Assembly (NCBI GenBank): GCA_964613935.1 | Contig: CAZTIX010000001.1 | Location: forward strand, 1-30,496 | Source: an uncultured archaeon | GTDB taxonomy: Archaea; Altiarchaeota; Altiarchaeia; JAFGQM01 | Length of the DNA stretch: 30,496 bases | Reading direction: 5' to 3' | Program-made: the position numbers and the translations under genes | The notes under the pieces: generated by a model | Databases searched by the model: none | Told to the model about the DNA's origin: nothing | What the model saw: only the letters and a program-made list of their open reading frames with translations | Part shown: one piece after another, positions 1 through 8,304 of the stretch | Position numbering within the stretch: position 1 is the first letter of the stretch | Layout of the letters: every line of letters begins with the position of its first letter

Positions 1-764
1 CCGGCCAGCCGCCTCAGGCGCCGGGCCACCTTCAGGCGCTGGGAGATGTCCAGGTATGAGGTGGGCTCGTCGAAGAAGTACGTCTCCACGTCCCGCAGCA
101 GGGCCACGGCGATGGCCAGCCTCTGCAGCTCCCCCCCGCTTAGGGCGCTAACGTCTCGCTCGAGGACCTTCTCCAGTTCAAGCTCCTCGGCAACCTTGCG
201 CCAGTGCTTGGAGGCCTTCTCCAGGGCATCGCTGACCCTGCCCCCCATCCTCGCCAGGGCGTCGACATACTGGGGCTTGTAAACCGCCCTGGCCTTCCCG
301 GCGGACAGGCCCTTCAGATAGTTCTGGACTTCGTTGCCCCTGTATTGCCCGATTATCTCGCGCCATTCCAGCCGCTCTTCCAGACGCCCCAGATTCGGCT
401 TTACCTGGCCGCTGAGAATCTTGGCCGCGGTGCTCTTTCCTATACCGTTGACTCCGATAACACCCACCACGCTCCCCTCTTTCGGCACAGGGAGGCCGTA
501 GAGCCGGAAGCCGTTCCTGCCGTACTGGTGAGTCAGGACGCCCGTCTCTTCCGGCGTGTTGGTAATAATTATCGCTCCGAAAGGGCACTTGCTGACGCAT
601 ATTCCGCAGCCGGCGCACAGGTCCTCCTGGATGATGGGCTTGCCGCTGTCCTCGTCGACGATTATGGTCTCGTCGCCGCTTCGCACCCTGGGGCACACCC
701 TCTGGCAGAGAAGCCCGCACGTCTTCGGCTTGCACTCCTCTTTGTCGATTACCGCTATGCGCAT
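1..764 (-). CDS. rli: ABCE1/RLI ribosome-recycling ATPase, N-terminal part (runs off the window at position 1)
   Basis: Translated by hand from the ATG at 764; it is absent from the ORF track because its stop lies outside the window. It reads MRIAVIDKEECKPKTCGLLCQRVCP...CAGCGICVSKCPFGAI (two 4Fe-4S motifs), YGRNGFRLYGLP, Walker A GVNGIGKS, ABC signature LSGGELQR and Walker B YFFDEPTSYLD. Confidence 0.97.
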   Translation of the reverse strand, partial: MRIAVIDKEECKPKTCGLLCQRVCPRVRSGDETIIVDEDSGKPIIQEDLCAGCGICVSKCPFGAIIITNTPEETGVLTHQYGRNGFRLYGLPVPKEGSVVGVIGVNGIGKSTAAKILSGQVKPNLGRLEERLEWREIIGQYRGNEVQNYLKGLSAGKARAVYKPQYVDALARMGGRVSDALEKASKHWRKVAEELELEKVLERDVSALSGGELQRLAIAVALLRDVETYFFDEPTSYLDISQRLKVARRLRRLA

Positions 765-789
765 CTTACTTATTTATACCTTGCCCTGC

Positions 790-799
790 TAAAATCCCG
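790..799 (-). promoter_or_regulatory. Putative BRE/TATA element (CGGGATTTTA on the minus strand) for rli
   Basis: TTTTA begins 30 nt upstream of the ATG at 764. An identical 10-mer lies upstream of the minus-strand epimerase at 12673-12682. Confidence 0.45.
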
Positions 800-815
800 T
801 AAATTTGACCCAGGC

Positions 816-825
816 GCAATTTAAA
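816..825 (+). promoter_or_regulatory. Putative BRE/TATA element (CGCAATTTAAA-like) for the HAD-aglB operon
   Basis: TTTAAA at 820-825 lies 25 nt before the ATG at 845 and is preceded by cgcaa. A similar cgcaatttatt occurs at 16439-16449 upstream of the deacetylase. Confidence 0.4.
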
Positions 826-844
826 CCCGCTTCGGGCGGACAGC

Positions 845-1489
845 ATGCACAACACATTTCTCTTCGACATGGACGGAACCCTTGTAGACACCTTCGACCT
901 AATTCACGAATCGTTCAACGCCGCCCTCGCCGAGAACAAGAAGGGGCCCATTACCAAGGAGGACTTCGACAAGAAGCTTTTCGGGAAGCCGGTGGATTCG
1001 ACGGTGATGAGGCTCCTGCGGATATCCGACGACAGGGAGTACGGGAAGGTCGTGAGGGACTTCCGCACCCATTGGCTGCGCAACCTGCAAAAGGTCGAGG
1101 TTTTTAAGAATGTTCCTCTAACTTTAGAGCGGCTCAGGAAGAGGGGCCACAAGCTCGGGGTGGTTAGCACGTCGCCCCGCGGGGTGATATCCGAGACCCT
1201 TCGCCAGACGGGGATATACGACTACTTCGATGTCCTCATAGGAGAGGAGGACGCAAAGAGGAAGAAGCCCCATCAGGAGCCTGTGGTCAACGCGCTCAAG
1301 CTTCTGGGAGCGAAGCCGGAGGAGACGGTCTTCGTGGGCGACACGATATACGACGTGCAGGCGGGCAAGAGAGCGGGTTGCCACACGGTATTCCTTCTCA
1401 ACCCCTACAACGCCGGAGTCCTGGAGGAATCCGAGCCGGACAGAGTCATAAAAAACGTTTCCGAATTGCTGGAAAATGGCGGAACCTGA
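845..1489 (+). CDS. HAD-superfamily hydrolase (PpaX pyrophosphatase / phosphoglycolate phosphatase-like), 214 aa
   Basis: Motif I FDMDGTLVDT, motif II GVVST, motif III KKPHQEP and motif IV FVGDTIYDVQAG. It overlaps the aglB start by 14 nt. Confidence 0.92.
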   Translation: MHNTFLFDMDGTLVDTFDLIHESFNAALAENKKGPITKEDFDKKLFGKPVDSTVMRLLRISDDREYGKVVRDFRTHWLRNLQKVEVFKNVPLTLERLRKRGHKLGVVSTSPRGVISETLRQTGIYDYFDVLIGEEDAKRKKPHQEPVVNALKLLGAKPEETVFVGDTIYDVQAGKRAGCHTVFLLNPYNAGVLEESEPDRVIKNVSELLENGGT

Positions 1490-4400
1490 GAAAAAGCGCA
1501 AGGCTGCGAAGGAGAGGCTGCTGGACCCGGACGCCCTGTCGTCCTCGCCGCAGACCATAGCCCTGATAGCCCTTCTGCTTTTTCTCCTGCTTTGGAGCCT
1601 GTTTCCCAACGGACCCACCACGGTCATGCTGGCCGCGGTGATAATCGGAGCCACCGGGATAAACCTGTACCTGACCACCTCCGACCTTATGGAGTCCGTG
1701 AAGAGCAAGTGGAGCATCCTGCCGGCCGCAATCGGACTGCTTCTGCTGGCGGTGCTTCTCCAGTCTCCCGGGCAGATGCTGCTGATAATACTCCTGGCGT
1801 CTTACGTGGCCCTCTCCATGGCGGTGGCCCTGGGCTTCATAAAAATCCAGACCGCAATAATAATGGGTCTCCTTCTGACCGCGGTGCTCTTCCGGGCATA
1901 TCCTGCGATGCCGGGCTCGGGCAGCTCGGCCGGCCACCTCATATCTATGGACGACCCCTATTTCCACTACAAGCAGACCGAGCGCCTCTACGAGCTGGGC
2001 GACGTGCCTGACAAGGACCTGACGATCTACCCGCCCGACGGCAGGGGCGCACCCCAGAAGTTCCCCTATTACTACAACACCTACCTCGCGCTCCTGACCA
2101 GCAACACGGTGCGCGACGTCATGCTCCTTTATCCCGTTCTTATAGCCGCGTTCGGCGCAATCGCGATGTTCCTCTTCCTCCGGGAGCTCACCGGCGACTG
2201 GAAGAGCGGCATGCTGGGCGGTTTCTTCTTCGCCACAATGCCGGCGGTTCTCAGCAAGTCCGTGGCAGGGGCAGTGGAGGAGGACCTGATGGGGATGGTC
2301 CTGGGCATATTCTCGCTTTATCTCCTGGCCAAGGCCTTCCGCACTTCGGGGCGGGAGAATCTCAAATATTCCCTCCTGTCCGGAGTCGCCTTCTTCATAA
2401 CCCTGATAAGCTGGAAGGGGGTCATATTCCTCTACGCGGTACCCTTCACCGCGCTCGCAATCTACGCCCTGGCGGGCATAATACTCAAACACGACATGTG
2501 GAACACCACCCGCTCCGCCCTTCTCGCCGGGATAATCCCGGTGGCGGGCAACCTGCTGTTCATAAACCCCGGCAGGCTCGACCTCACCCAGCTTGCGCCC
2601 TACGGGGCCCTGCTGTTCATGGGGCTTTGGGCCGAGGTCATAAGGGTCAGGTTATGGAAGGGGGAGGACCGCAAGACCGCTCCGGAGAAGAGATTCATAT
2701 TCCCGCTGGCGATTCTGGTGACTGCGGCCTTGCTGGCCATGGCCGCCTTTGCGGGAGTCGACAGGATAGTCGACATCCCTCAGAGGACCTACGAGAATTT
2801 CGCCGGCACCGGGGCGACCAACTATCTCGTGGACAAGACCATATCCGAGCAGGCAGCGTTCTCGCGGGGAGACCTCCTTCAGCGCCTCTCCATAGGCTAC
2901 GGCCGCTACAACATCGCCGAGGTCCTCACCCTCCTGATGGCCGCCCTCCTGCCCCTGGCAATCCTCTACCACTTTTTCAAGAAGGACAAGGACCGCCTGT
3001 TCGACCTCCTCAGAGCATATCTGATAGGGCTGGTCTTCTTCCTGGTGGCCATGCAGTTCGTTTGGCTGGAGTCGCGCCTGGTATTCTCCCAGTCTCTGGG
3101 CTTCCTGCTCCTGGGCGCAATGGTGGGGCTGATACTGCCGTCGAGCCGCGAGGAGCTGCCCACCTGGAAGGTGATTCCGCTTCTGATAATAATAGTGCTC
3201 ATCCCGTTCTCTACCTTTTACCCGTACAAGGGCCTGGACGCATGGGGGGACAGCCAGAGGGTCTCCGGGGTGCACCCCGCATGGTTCCTGGGGGTCGAGT
3301 GGCTCGACGAGAACATAGAGCCCGGATACTACACCGGCAACGAATACATAAACGGCGATTTCGTCCTCACCTGGTGGGACTACGGCCACTTCATAACCGC
3401 GTTGTCCGACTCCACGGTCATCGCCGACCCGCTACAGGCAAACGAGGAGTACATAATGCGAACAGCCAGGTTCTTCTACAACACCACCTCGGAGAAAGAG
3501 GCGATTGGGTGGCTCATGGAGCAGCCGTGGAACCCCAGGGACGAGACGGGCGAGTACAAGGTCAGGTACATAATCTTGGACGACACCCTCATAAACAAGG
3601 CGTCGGCCCTGGCCTTCCTCGGCACCAACCACTACGAGTATCCCAACGGTTACACGGCGGTCGACGGAGTCTGCGAGGTGGGGCAGGTCTGCCAGAACGT
3701 GGAGAACGGGCTGGAGGCGAGGAGGGTGGACGGCGACTACGTCTGCGATCGGGGCGAGGTTTGCGTGAGGGACCAGAGGGCGAGGACCGAGAAGAGGAGG
3801 TGCTGCGAGCCCGACCCCGCCCAGTGCTGCAACATGTCGCTGAGCTACAAGGTAATAAACCAGAAGAACGGCTCCGCCAGGCTGATGAGGGGGCCGGGAA
3901 CGCCCGTCTACGGCAGGTACACTCTGGAGACGGGGGGCGCGGCCTGCAGGCCGGAGTACGTCACATCCACCGAGCCGGTCTTCGTGGTTGAAGGGGGCGA
4001 GAGGAGGACGGTCACCCGGCGCTTCCTGTACACCGGCTTCAGCGGACTGCCCTACGCCGACGGGGGCCAATATCCCGCCTTCCTCATCATGACCTACGAG
4101 GACGGCACCCAGAGCCTCAAGTTCATAAGCCGCGACTGCTCCACCAAGGACGCCGAAGAGGTCCTGGCCGGGGGCGCCGACCTGCTGAAGAATCTCGGCT
4201 ACGGAAGGAGCATAGGAGATGGCATAAGAGCGCCGCAGATATTCGTCCACGCCCCGAGCAGATGGATGGACAGCATGTTCACGGAGCTCTATCTGAAGGA
4301 CGCCGCGAACTTGCAGCATTTCGAGATAATCGAGGACGCCTTCACTCAGGAGACTTCCGACGGGAAAGCCAACGTGTACCCGGCGGTCAAAATTTACAGG

Positions 4401-5021
4401 ATAACCTACCCCGACAAGATTCCGGAAGCTCCCGGCGGGGAGGAAGAGGCCGTCTCGGAGGAGCAGGAGCCCCAGGAGCAAGAGCCGCCGGCCAGCACAG
4501 TCGACGATACCGGCGAATCCGGAGAGGGCAGCGGCGAGGAGAGCATCCCGAACATGACCTTCGACCGCTATGACCCGGAGCTGCGCGAGGAATACGGCCT
4601 GACGCACTTCCCGGCCATCGTCTGGAACTGCGAGTTCAAGAAGCCCGGCAAGATGTCCAACACGACCTTCGAAGAAGAGGCCCTCTACAAGCTGGCCTGC
4701 ATAATGAACGACGCCGAGCCCCAGGAGCTGTGCCTGTCCCATGAGATATTCTACGATGAGAATGCCGGCAAGGTGAGCACCACCGACCAGGACATAGACG
4801 ACATCCTCAATGGCATAGCCAGGATAGAGAACTCCACAGCCTGCGGCCCGGAGGGCAGCGTCACAACGGTCCAGGTCTTCTACCCGCAGACATGCGAGTC
4901 CTGCGCGGAGCAAAAGCCCCTGCTGGACAAGCTAGAGCAGGATTTCGGCGAGCATCTGGACATATCCTACTACTGCGTAGGCGGCGAGGATTATTGCGTT
5001 CCCCGCCTCGGGGGAGCCTAA
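1476..5021 (+). CDS. aglB: Oligosaccharyltransferase AglB/STT3 with an N-terminal TM extension, a Cys-rich insert and a C-terminal thioredoxin-like appendage, 1181 aa
   Basis: Many TM segments, EL1 motif SMDDPYFH, VEEDLMG, EL5 TISE (TIXE motif), WWDYG at about 3372-3386, ADP, a DK-type helix DDTLINK and the terminal VKIY strand. Confidence 0.96.
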   Translation: MAEPEKKRKAAKERLLDPDALSSSPQTIALIALLLFLLLWSLFPNGPTTVMLAAVIIGATGINLYLTTSDLMESVKSKWSILPAAIGLLLLAVLLQSPGQMLLIILLASYVALSMAVALGFIKIQTAIIMGLLLTAVLFRAYPAMPGSGSSAGHLISMDDPYFHYKQTERLYELGDVPDKDLTIYPPDGRGAPQKFPYYYNTYLALLTSNTVRDVMLLYPVLIAAFGAIAMFLFLRELTGDWKSGMLGGFFFATMPAVLSKSVAGAVEEDLMGMVLGIFSLYLLAKAFRTSGRENLKYSLLSGVAFFITLISWKGVIFLYAVPFTALAIYALAGIILKHDMWNTTRSALLAGIIPVAGNLLFINPGRLDLTQLAPYGALLFMGLWAEVIRVRLWKGEDRKTAPEKRFIFPLAILVTAALLAMAAFAGVDRIVDIPQRTYENFAGTGATNYLVDKTISEQAAFSRGDLLQRLSIGYGRYNIAEVLTLLMAALLPLAILYHFFKKDKDRLFDLLRAYLIGLVFFLVAMQFVWLESRLVFSQSLGFLLLGAMVGLILPSSREELPTWKVIPLLIIIVLIPFSTFYPYKGLDAWGDSQRVSGVHPAWFLGVEWLDENIEPGYYTGNEYINGDFVLTWWDYGHFITALSDSTVIADPLQANEEYIMRTARFFYNTTSEKEAIGWLMEQPWNPRDETGEYKVRYIILDDTLINKASALAFLGTNHYEYPNGYTAVDGVCEVGQVCQNVENGLEARRVDGDYVCDRGEVCVRDQRARTEKRRCCEPDPAQCCNMSLSYKVINQKNGSARLMRGPGTPVYGRYTLETGGAACRPEYVTSTEPVFVVEGGERRTVTRRFLYTGFSGLPYADGGQYPAFLIMTYEDGTQSLKFISRDCSTKDAEEVLAGGADLLKNLGYGRSIGDGIRAPQIFVHAPSRWMDSMFTELYLKDAANLQHFEIIEDAFTQETSDGKANVYPAVKIYRITYPDKIPEAPGGEEEAVSEEQEPQEQEPPASTVDDTGESGEGSGEESIPNMTFDRYDPELREEYGLTHFPAIVWNCEFKKPGKMSNTTFEEEALYKLACIMNDAEPQELCLSHEIFYDENAGKVSTTDQDIDDILNGIARIENSTACGPEGSVTTVQVFYPQTCESCAEQKPLLDKLEQDFGEHLDISYYCVGGEDYCVPRLGGA

Positions 5022-5026
5022 CGGTC

Positions 5027-5032
5027 TTTTTT
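5027..5032 (+). terminator. Possible archaeal oligo-T terminator after aglB
   Basis: A T6 tract starts 6 nt after the aglB stop codon in a GC-rich context. Confidence 0.3.
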
Positions 5033-5057
5033 AGACTCTATCGTAAAATTCTAGAAA

Positions 5058-6041
5058 ATGCTTCTCATACTCGCAGTTTCCCTGACGGCCTTTCTGGTGA
5101 CGGTCGCGACGGTCCCCGTCCTCATAAGGAAGTTCGCCGATGCGGGCATAACCGGCAAGGATGTCCACAAACCGGGCGAGCCGGAGGTGCCCGAGATGGG
5201 AGGCCTGTCGGTCGTGGCCGGCTTCGCTTCCGGCGTCCTGCTGGCGGTGGCCGCGACAACGCTCTTCGCCAGCCACCTGTTCAACGGCGGAGCGGGATTC
5301 GATTTGACCGGCCTGACCCAGCTATTCGCCGCCCTGAGCACCATACTGATAATAACGATTGTCGGCATATTCGACGACCTGGTCAAGATGCGGCAGAGCG
5401 TCAAGGCCGTGCTGCCCGTCTTCGCCTCGCTGCCCCTGGTGGCAATAGCGGCCGGGCACCCCTACATAACTCTCCCCCTGCTTGGAAGGGCCTACCTGCC
5501 GATAATCTACCCCCTGATACTCATACCCCTGGCGGTCGCGGTAGTCTCGAACCTCACCAACATGCTGGCGGGATTCAACGGCCTCGAGAGCGGCATGGGG
5601 CTGATGGCCTGCATATCCCTGGGAACTGTCGCGGCGTTCCGGGGGAGAGCCGACGCGGCGATACTCCTCCTGTCGATGTCGGGCGCCCTGCTGGCATTCG
5701 CGCTGTTCAACAAATTTCCGGCGCGCATACTCCCTGGAGATGTGGGCACACTCAGCATAGGGGCGTGCGTGGCGTCGTCCCTCATCATAGGCAACTTCGA
5801 GACGGCCGGTCTTCTGGTGATGTCGCCCTACATCCTGGATTTCCTCATAAAGGCCAGAAACGGATTCCCCAAGGAGATTGACCTAACCTCGCTGAAGGGG
5901 GGAAAGCTGACCGCTAAGAAGGCAGTGGGGCTTCCCAGCCTGATAATGAGGGCCACCGGCGGCATAGCGGAGACCCGGCTGGTGACCCTCCTGGTGGGCG
6001 CGGAGGCGGCCCTGGGAATACTGGCGGTGCTGATATGGTAG
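5058..6041 (+). CDS. aglH: UDP-GlcNAc:polyprenyl-phosphate GlcNAc-1-phosphate transferase (AglH/DPAGT1-like, MraY/PNPT family), 327 aa
   Basis: Polytopic membrane protein with GKDVHK, PEMGGL, GIFDD, NLTNMLAGFNGLE and PGDVG. The NMLAGFNGLE motif is of the GPT/DPAGT1 type. Confidence 0.9.
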   Translation: MLLILAVSLTAFLVTVATVPVLIRKFADAGITGKDVHKPGEPEVPEMGGLSVVAGFASGVLLAVAATTLFASHLFNGGAGFDLTGLTQLFAALSTILIITIVGIFDDLVKMRQSVKAVLPVFASLPLVAIAAGHPYITLPLLGRAYLPIIYPLILIPLAVAVVSNLTNMLAGFNGLESGMGLMACISLGTVAAFRGRADAAILLLSMSGALLAFALFNKFPARILPGDVGTLSIGACVASSLIIGNFETAGLLVMSPYILDFLIKARNGFPKEIDLTSLKGGKLTAKKAVGLPSLIMRATGGIAETRLVTLLVGAEAALGILAVLIW

Positions 6042-6964
6042 ATTTAGTCACGGGTGGTGCCGGATTCGTGGGCTCCAACCTCGTCGAGGGGCTGGAGAAA
6101 GCGATGATACTGGACGATTTTTCCACCGCCAACCGCTACAGCAGCGAGTTCGCCAGAGCCTCGGACGCCCGCGTAATCGAGGGCAGCGTTGCCGATTATG
6201 AGACGGTCAGAAAGGCTCTCGAGGGCGTGAGGACAGTATACCATCAGGCCGCGGTTCCGAGCGTCCCGAGGAGCGTCAAAAACCCCCTGGCGACCAATCG
6301 GGCAAACGCCGGCGGGACCGTAACCCTTCTCAAGGCGTGCGCGGACGCGGGGGTCGAGAGCGTGGTTTATGCCTCTTCCTCCTCCGTCTACGGAGACACC
6401 CCGACCCTGCCCAAGACCGAGGACATGAAGCCTCGGCCGAAGAGCCCCTACGCGGTGTCCAAGCTCGCCGGAGAGCACTACATGCGCGTGTTCGGCGAGC
6501 TCTACGGCCTCAAGACGGCTTCCCTGCGCTACTTCAACGTATTCGGACCCCGCCAGAACCCGGACTCGCAGTACTCCGCGGTCATACCGAGATTCGTCAA
6601 GGCGGCCCTGAGCGGGCAGCCCCTGACCGTCTATGGTGACGGGGAGCAGACCAGGGACTTCACCTACGTCAGGGACGTGGTCGAAGCGAACAAGAAAGCG
6701 GCCGGCAAGAGCGGCGTCTACAACATAAGCGGGGGCAAGCAGACGACCGTGAACGAGCTTGCCGAACTCGTGATATCGCTGACCGATTCCAGCTCCAAGA
6801 TAGAGCGTGCCGGCGAGCGCAAGGGAGATGTGAGGCATTCCCTGGGCGATATCTCCAAGGCCCGGAAGGGGCTGGGATGGAAGCCGAAGAACTCCCTCGA
6901 GGAAGGCCTCAAGGAGTATATAATGCGCTTCCCAAAAACTAAAACTAAACAACTAAAACGATGA
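6035..6964 (+). CDS. NAD-dependent epimerase, WbpP/TviC-like UDP-GlcNAc(A) 4-epimerase, 309 aa
   Basis: TGGAGFVG, SVPRSVKNP, ASSSSVYG, YAVSK (YxxxK), RYFNVFGPRQNP and QTRDFTY. Confidence 0.9.
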   Translation: MVDLVTGGAGFVGSNLVEGLEKAMILDDFSTANRYSSEFARASDARVIEGSVADYETVRKALEGVRTVYHQAAVPSVPRSVKNPLATNRANAGGTVTLLKACADAGVESVVYASSSSVYGDTPTLPKTEDMKPRPKSPYAVSKLAGEHYMRVFGELYGLKTASLRYFNVFGPRQNPDSQYSAVIPRFVKAALSGQPLTVYGDGEQTRDFTYVRDVVEANKKAAGKSGVYNISGGKQTTVNELAELVISLTDSSSKIERAGERKGDVRHSLGDISKARKGLGWKPKNSLEEGLKEYIMRFPKTKTKQLKR

Positions 6965-8238
6965 TAAAGAGGATATGCGTGGTGGGCCTGGGCTACGTGG
7001 GTCTTCCTACGGCCCTCGCCTTCGCGGAGGCGGGATACGAGGTCACGGGCGCGGACATAGACGGAGAGCGGATTAAGAATTTGGGCTCTGGAAAGTCTCC
7101 GATACCGGATGTAGTCTCGGACGCGCGAATAAGAAAGGCCGGCGTTTCCTACACCACCAACACCCCCGAAGCGGTCAGCGGCTCGGACGCCGTGCTCATA
7201 ACGGTTCCCACCCCCGTCACGAAGGACAAAAAACCGGACCTGCGCGCAGTGAAGGCCGCGGCAGAGTCGGTGGCGGAGGGCATGGGCGGGGGAAAGCTCG
7301 TGGTCCTGGAGAGCACGGTATACCCGGGAGCGACGGAGGAGATAGTGCAGAAGGCCATAGAGGAGAAGACCCGCCTCAGGGCCGGCAGGGACTTCGGACT
7401 GGCCTACTGCCCCGAGCGCTACAATCCGGGGGACAAGCGCCACACGATAGGCAGCATAGAGAGGGTGGTGGGGGCAATCAATCAAAAGTGGCTGGACGCC
7501 GCCGCCGAGATGTATTCAAAGATAACCAAGCAACCAATCCTCAAGGTCAGCAGCATCAGGACTGCCGAGGCGGCGAAGATAATCGAAAACACGCAAAGGG
7601 ACCTGAACATCGGATTGATGAATGAGCTGGCCCTGATTTTCGACCGCATGGGAATCGACACCCGCGAGGTGATAAGGGCCGCGGCCACCAAGTGGAACTT
7701 CCACCTCTACTGGCCCGGACCGGGCGTGGGCGGGCATTGCCTTCCCTGCGACCCCTACTATCTGGTTCACAAATCGCGCCAGTTGGGATTCGACCCCAAA
7801 CTGATAACCGCCGCCAGGGATGTCAACGACGCCATGGCGCAGCACATCGTCGAGCTGGCGGAGCGTGCGGCGGGGGGGCTTAAGGGCAGGAAGGTCACAG
7901 TACTAGGGGCCGCCTACAAGGGCAACGTGGGGGACGCCAGGGAAAGCCCGGCCCGCCGGATTTGTGCGCAGCTCGGCGGTAAGGGGGCCGATGTGTTCAT
8001 CTGCGACCCCTTGGTCAAAAAGGAAGACCTGGCCGGTTGGGATGCAAAACCCGCAGGCTACGTGAATTCCATCCAACAGTCGGACTGCGTCATAATTCAC
8101 TCGGACCACGATGCCTTCAAGGGCCTGGACCTCGACTTTTTGGCAGCCTCCATGAGAACGAAAGCCATCGTGGACACGCGCGGATTCATTGAGCCGGACG
8201 AGGCCCGAAAGAAGGGATTCAGGCTGGAGCGTATTTGA
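6961..8238 (+). CDS. UDP-N-acetylhexosamine 6-dehydrogenase (WbpO/TviB/WecC family), 425 aa
   Basis: VGLGYVGLP, VPTP, ESTVYPG, PERYNPG, KIIENTQRDLNI, catalytic GPGVGGHCLPCD and GDARESP. Confidence 0.93.
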   Translation: MIKRICVVGLGYVGLPTALAFAEAGYEVTGADIDGERIKNLGSGKSPIPDVVSDARIRKAGVSYTTNTPEAVSGSDAVLITVPTPVTKDKKPDLRAVKAAAESVAEGMGGGKLVVLESTVYPGATEEIVQKAIEEKTRLRAGRDFGLAYCPERYNPGDKRHTIGSIERVVGAINQKWLDAAAEMYSKITKQPILKVSSIRTAEAAKIIENTQRDLNIGLMNELALIFDRMGIDTREVIRAAATKWNFHLYWPGPGVGGHCLPCDPYYLVHKSRQLGFDPKLITAARDVNDAMAQHIVELAERAAGGLKGRKVTVLGAAYKGNVGDARESPARRICAQLGGKGADVFICDPLVKKEDLAGWDAKPAGYVNSIQQSDCVIIHSDHDAFKGLDLDFLAASMRTKAIVDTRGFIEPDEARKKGFRLERI

Positions 8239-8304
8239 TTTCCTAGCCCAGAACCGCTTCAAACCGCCTCCTCGTTTCTTATGCGCGCATTTTCTAATAA
8301 GACC

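Noticed and set aside
46-824. Track ORFs 46-282, 178-735, 204-824 and 556-792
   Set aside because: All are shadows of the real minus-strand rli gene, which the track missed because its stop lies outside the window.
4185-4202. LKNLGY inside AglB matches LxxLGY
   Set aside because: It is internal rather than C-terminal, lies in the extracytoplasmic domain away from cytoplasmic APS, and lacks the ERL and acidic-linker context. It is probably chance.
4438-4545. Low-complexity GA-rich stretch (EQEP twice) as a tandem DNA repeat
   Set aside because: It is an imperfect two-copy repeat explained by the acidic protein linker, and it is covered in the AglB appendage finding.
3432-4913. 493-aa antisense ORF, plus other long shadow ORFs (e.g. 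1446-2492, 2498-3991, 4892-5881, 6044-6952, 11815-12675, 24031-24810, 25270-26160)
   Set aside because: They overlap well-supported genes in other frames and have no recognisable motifs. Such ORFs are expected from strong GC3 bias, which depletes stop codons in alternative frames.
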